A stretch of 64,000 nt of DNA from Antedon mediterranea (Eukaryota > Animalia > Echinodermata): NCBI RefSeq assembly GCF_964355755.1, contig NC_092680.1, positions 14,951,045 to 15,015,044 on the forward strand, given 5' to 3'. The notes under the pieces were generated by a model that searched no databases, was not told the DNA's origin, and was given only the letters and a program-made list of their open reading frames with translations. Position numbers and translations under genes: made by a program. The first letter of the stretch is position 1. Every line of letters begins with the position of its first letter. Below are positions 58,600-64,000 of the stretch, piece after piece.

Positions 58600-60640
58600 A
58601 TTCTTGAATTTATTTATTTAAGTAAAATATTACTTAACATGAGTATTCATTTATCGTTCTTAAAATAAATTTTTTATGATTTATATTTTATAGAATTCTT
58701 GTTTCAAGCAATTTTTTTCCCAATATAAGTAAGAATTTACGAATATTAATTTGATAGAATTCTTGTTTCAAGCAATACTTTTCTTAAAATAAGTAAACAT
58801 TTACTGGTTTTTATTTGATAGACTTCTTGTTTACTTATTTTTAAAAAAGTTTTGCTTGAAACAAGAATTCTACAAATAAAAATCGGAATATTCTTACTTA
58901 TTTTAAGAAATATATTGCTTGAAACAAGAAAACTAAAAATATAAATCGGAATATTCTTACTTATTTTAAGAAAAATATTGCTTAAAACAAGAATTCTAAA
59001 AAATACAAACCGGAATATTCTTACTTATTTTAAGAAAAATATTGCTTGAAACAAGAATTCTACAAATAAAAATCGGAATATTCTTACTTATTTTAAGAAA
59101 TATATTGCTTGAAACAAGAATTCAAAAAATACAAATCGGAATATTCTTACTTATTTTAAGAAAAATATTGCTTGAAACAAGAATTCAAAAAATACAAATC
59201 GGAATATTCTTACTTATTTTAAGAAAAATATTGCTTGAAACAAGAATTCCAAAAATACAAATCGGAATATTCTTACTTATTTTAAGAAATATATTGCTTG
59301 AAACAAGAATATTAAAATTAAAAATCGGAATATTCTTACTTATTTTAAGAAAAATATTGCTTAAAACAAGAATTCTAAAAAATACAAATCGGAATATTCT
59401 TACTTATTTTAAGAAAAATATTGCTTGAAACAAGAATTCTACAAATAAAAATCGATATTTTGCTTGAAACAAGAATTAAAAAAATACAAATCGGAATATT
59501 CTTACTTATTTTAAGAAAAAAATTGCTTGAAACAAGAATTCAAAAAATACAAATCGGAATATTCTTACTTATTTTAAGAAAAATATTGCTTGAAACAAGA
59601 ATTCAAAAAATAAAAAGCGGAATATTCTTACTTATTTTAAGAAATATTTTGCTTGAAACAAGAATTCAAAAAATACAAATCGGAATATTCTTACTTATTT
59701 TAAGAAAAAAATTGCTTGAAACAAGAATTCAAAAAATACAAATCGGAATATTCTTACTTATTTTAAGAAAAATATTGCTTGAAACAAGAATTCAAAAAAT
59801 ACAAATCGGAATATTCTTACTTATTTTAAGAAAAATATTGCTTGAAACAAGAATTCAAAAAATAAAAAGCGGAATATTCTTACTTATTTTAAGAAATATA
59901 TTGCTTGAAACAAGAATTCTATAAAATACAAATCGGAATATTCTTACTTATTTTAAGAAATATATTGCTTGAAACAAGAATTCAAAAAAATACAAATCGG
60001 AATATTCTTACTTATTTTAAGAAAAATATTGCTTGAAACAAGAATTCAAAAAATAAAAAGCGGAATATTCTTACTTATTTTAAGAAATATCTTGCTTGAA
60101 ACAAGAATTCAAAAAAATACAAATCGGAATATTCTTACTTATTTTAAGAAATATATTGCTTGAAACAAGAATTCTATAAAATACAAATCGGAATATTCTT
60201 ACTTATTTTAAGAAATATATTGCTTGAAACAAGAATTCTATAAAATACAGATCGGAATATTCTTACTTATTTTAAGAAATATATTGCTTGAAACAAGAAT
60301 TCAAAAAAATACAAATCGGAATATTCTTACTTATTTTAAGAAAAATATTGCTTGAAACAAGAATTCTATTTTAAAAAATCGATAAATTGTTACTTATTTT
60401 AAGGCAGATACTGCTTAAAACAAGAATGAAAAAAGCAATTAAATTCTTGGTAAGAATATTGTTCTTAAAGTATTATTTCTTGGTAAGAATAATTTTCTTG
60501 ATAAGAATTTGTGTGATTCATGTTAAGAATTTTACGATTCTTGGTAAGCCAAAAAGTATTGAAATACGGACAAGTCAAAATTTACTTGTTTCAAGAAATA
60601 TTTTGCTTGAAACAAGTTTTTTTTTTCTTAAAACAAGAAT
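58600..60640. repeat. Right subterminal tandem array of the EnSpm element (63-bp unit, over 20 copies)
   Basis: Unit gcttgaaacaagaattcaaaaaatacaaatcggaatattcttacttattttaagaaaaatatt; 21-aa periodicity in spurious ORFs. Confidence 0.95.
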
Positions 60641-60655
60641 CAGAATTTTGCTGTG

Positions 60656-61990
60656 CATATACATGATTGAGGCCAAAGCAGCCCAAATCCTTTCTAGAAT
60701 AGAATGTTGTGAAAACAGGCGTAAAAACAATAAGTTTTTCCTAGAAAAAAATACCGCAGAAAGAAACAAATTACCACGTTATTTAAATCTAATGGAAAGT
60801 AAACCACAGATACTAGTGAAATATTAAGTGAACAAGTTAATTTCTACAAACACTTAAAAAAAAAAATATATTCCGGGTGATAACATAAGAAGTTATCTTG
60901 ACCAAGCAAAATAACTGTCGTTGGAAGACGGCGAACAATGTAAAGGTCTACGAACCATAAATGAACTAACAAATGTCATTCATAAAATGCACTTAAACAA
61001 AAGCCCAGGGTATGATGGACTAACTGGAATTTTAATTTTTTTTTTAATATAATTATTAAATAAATGTTATGTACATCCTTAAATTATAGTTATAAGAGAA
61101 TTAATAACAAATTGGCCAATTACCTGTTAAATGCTGACTACAAAATAATGTCCTATCAAGTAGAATAAAAAAAATAATTGCGTCAATCATTGATTCCGAC
61201 CAAAAAGGTTACATCAATGGACGGTTTGGAGGCGAGGACATACGCTTAGTAGAAGACGTTGTTTTCCAGGCCGATATAAGTAACTCGTCTGAAGCAATGT
61301 TTTTTTTAGATTTTGCAAAAGCGTTCGACTCTTTAGATAGATGCTTTATGCTAAAATGTCTCAAAAAGTTTGGATTTGGATTGGTTTACCAAAATGGATT
61401 GAATTGATTTACAAAGACACAGAATGTAATGGATGTCTATCTGAAAGTTTTCAGATGGAAAGTGGAGTGAGGCAAGGATGTCCACTGTCTGCTATCCTAT
61501 TTATATTATCTGTAGAAATAATGGCTATTAATATAAGAAAAAATTCACAATGTTGCCCAGCAATACCAATGATATTAATAAATGTAGGCCTACAGCAAAA
61601 ATATGTCAGTTGGCAGATGATACCGTCATATTTGCAAAAGATGAGATTTTTTCTTAAAATAAGTAGAGTGTTTTGGCAATATGTCAACTATGGAAAAAAG
61701 GAAACCTCTCTTTTTTGTTAAAATAATAATCATAAAAGCTTTTGAAATTTCAAAGCTTGTATATAATGCTAGCATTATACCTGTACCTAAGTATGCATTT
61801 TAAAAGGTAGAACAGATTTTATATAGTTTTGTATGGGGTAAAAACCCGTTATTAAACCTATTACAGAAGGAGGGCTCAACATGACGCACTTTAGCACACT
61901 GGTTACTTCTTTAAAGCTTAGTTGGGTTAAGAGACTTTCCTGACCCAGGTTAAATGAAAATGTGTACCAAGATATTATATGTATCCTTTC
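60656..61990 (+). mobile_element. Decayed L1/Tx1-clade LINE, 3' part (RT)
   Basis: AKAAQILSR, NKSPGYDGL, LLNADYKI, DQKGYINGR, LDFAKAFDSL, GVRQGCPLSAILF, QLADDT, EGGLNM, KLSWVKR; 3' limit approximate. Confidence 0.88.
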
Positions 61991-62668
61991 AATATTACCA
62001 AGGTTAATTTTAAATTTTGTGCAATGTCCTGGTTGTATCGAACATTGTCGTTCTTGAGACGAGTCAGTTACTCAATGGATTCATCTTATTACAGTATTAC
62101 TTAGTATAGTAGAAAATTGCGTTGTGACAACCAAATGTATAGGCCTATCATTACCATGTATGGGCATATTGCACTTTTTTTGTAAAACTTGTTTGATACT
62201 GTAGACAGAGCTTCAGTCGCACAATGGTTGTGATTATGATGCCATATGCTGGTTCCCATACTATTGATGATGTACGCTATCACGTTGACATTAGACAAAA
62301 TCCTCCACAAATAGCATGTTTGTATTATGTGCTTAGTTCACTACTGACCTATGTGTGGTGCATTGTTTTTAGAAAAGACAAAGCAACTACATACGATCTG
62401 GTTAAACTTATATTGGTATGGAGAGTTGTTAACTTTAAAACAATACAAATACATGGTTGATGTAGGCCTATGACACATACGCCTACGCCTATCAACAACT
62501 GGTTATTTTCCGATTTTGTTTCAGTAGAGGAAATATTATTGCTTATAATAGTGTCTAGTTTTCCAATGATTATAACCCTTGTGACCCGTTACACAAAAAC
62601 CGGCGTCCATGAATTACCGCAACACTTACCGTCCCACAACTATGTTAAGAAGACTGTACAAGTATTAA

Positions 62669-62998
62669 AGATGTATTGTCGCCCAAAAACATGAAAGATT
62701 AATTAAATAAGACTATTAATACGTTATTTTGTAGTTTGAATAAAGTTAATCACTTCAGTAAAAAAAAAATTGAAAAAACAATGTTTTCACTTATAAAATG
62801 ACAAAATAAATGGTTAAATACAATTAAAAATCCATTGCTGACAGCCAATCTTACTATTTTTGCTTTAAATTACAGTTTTTTCAGATAAATAATTTGTTTT
62901 CTATCCAATTTTTGGTCAAAATGGATAATTATTATTATAAAATGGCATATTCAACCAAAAATGTTAACAAAATACATTTTCAGGGGGACAATACATTT
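62669..62998. mobile_element. Kolobok-like MITE, inverted relative of 21118-21454
   Basis: TTAA|AGATGTATTGTC..GGGGGACAATACAT; internal similarity to the 21.1-kb copy. Confidence 0.75.
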
Positions 62999-63606
62999 CT
63001 AAATATTCATTTAAAACTAAGGATAGTTTTGGCAGTTTGTTTAAAATTCAGTTTACACACAACACAACCAAGTAAGACGAAATTTTTAGTGAAATTTGAA
63101 CGATTCATATTATGGGACTAAGGTTTTGATGTGAACGATTATTAGGCCTAGTACTGAGATTTAAAGTAATAAAATCCACAAAAGTATCCAAAGATTAAAA
63201 CGTTTGTACAACCACCTATTGAACGGCTAATTTACCAATGAAGTGTTTGTATTTTAGTAATAAAAAATAGAAATACATTATCATTATTATTATTACACAT
63301 TTTTGGACATAATTTAACTGAAGGTTGATAACCTTATAACAATGGAAACACAGTAGAAATGAGGATTTCAGCACATTTTTAAAATCGGAAAACGCAACCT
63401 GAAGCACAGGAATTATTAAAACGCAAAACACGGAACTGTTCCCAGAAATATACATGTACTTTGTCGTTATAGAAGCAGTGAAATGTTTATTCCAGGAAGA
63501 ACCGGTACTATCGGGTGCAATAAGTATGATATCATTTTAGTAGATACCACACAACACAAACATGCTCTTGGTGTATTAGACCTGTACATATTAAACAACG
63601 TCAAAG

Positions 63607-63796
63607 ATGAGCACATATACTGTATTGTTTCTGTTGATTCTTTCTGTTCTAATGAGTGAATTAACAGTCAATTGTGAGATAGATTGCAGCTTTGAGGAGG
63701 ACATATGCACCATAACAAAAGACAAGACAGCGTCAGCCCAATGGAATAGACAATCAGACCAGCATCATAATGACCATACTTACGGTAATAGTTCAG
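63607..63796 (+). CDS. Gene C exon 1 (3'-partial): signal peptide and first MAM N-terminal exon, paralog of gene B exon 1
   Basis: MSTYTVLFLLILSVLMSELTVNC-EIDCSFEEDICTI..DHTYGNSSG|gtaaga; same layout and DHTYGN motif as 32786-32987. Confidence 0.85.
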
Positions 63797-64000
63797 GTAA
63801 GACAACAGACATTTTACGCACATTGTTTGAAATCACCATGTATCTTTTCTGTAAAAAATAAAATAACGACATTATATACTAAACAAACCTTTCTTTAAAA
63901 TATGACAATACAAATAATAAATAGTCATAATAATAGTTATATGCTACGCTTACAGTAAGTACACGTAGACACTGCCTTATCTCGGAAAAGTGAGAGACAG

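Larger units (their letters stand above)
53457..60655. mobile_element. EnSpm/CACTA-superfamily DNA transposon, internally deleted, inserted in the L1/Tx1
   Basis: TIR CACAGCAAAATT / AATTTTGCTGTG; 2-bp TSD CA; long subterminal repeat arrays; transposase N-terminal relic inside. Confidence 0.88.

Noticed and set aside
58840-60370. 63-bp array as a CRISPR array or as coding repeats (ORFs 59042, 59421, 59969)
   Set aside because: Units are contiguous with no unique spacers, there are no cas genes and the context is eukaryotic. The ORFs arise from a stop-free unit whose length is divisible by 3.
62101-62694. Short ORFs 62101-62310, 62224-62460 and 62470-62694
   Set aside because: No recognisable motif or consistent splice structure.

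Overview
AT-rich, intron-rich eukaryotic DNA from an animal, most likely a marine invertebrate (echinoderm-like; inferred from repeat families and gene content, not proven). The + strand carries three tandem paralogous genes for MAM-domain proteins. Gene A is 5'-truncated by the window: 23 exons at 414-20277 encoding at least 8 MAM domains, a TM helix and a short tail. Gene B is complete: 15 exons at 32786-50555, about 960 aa, with signal peptide, 5 MAM domains, TM helix and short tail. Gene C shows only its first exon (63607-63796). Each MAM is built from three exons with intron phases 1-1-0-1. Most ORF-track hits are these exons running into introns. Introns and spacers hold many mobile elements: Penelope-like pseudo-LTR fragments carrying minimal hammerhead ribozymes, a tRNA(ATC)-like cassette in (TA)n tracts next to them, three L2-group LINE fragments, a decayed L1/Tx1 LINE split by a 7.2-kb EnSpm/CACTA deletion derivative, 5S- and tRNA-derived SINEs, several MITE families, and a METTL27-like pseudogene relic on the - strand. 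Exon coordinates were read by hand from splice signals and reading frame. Family names come from recalled motifs, not database searches.
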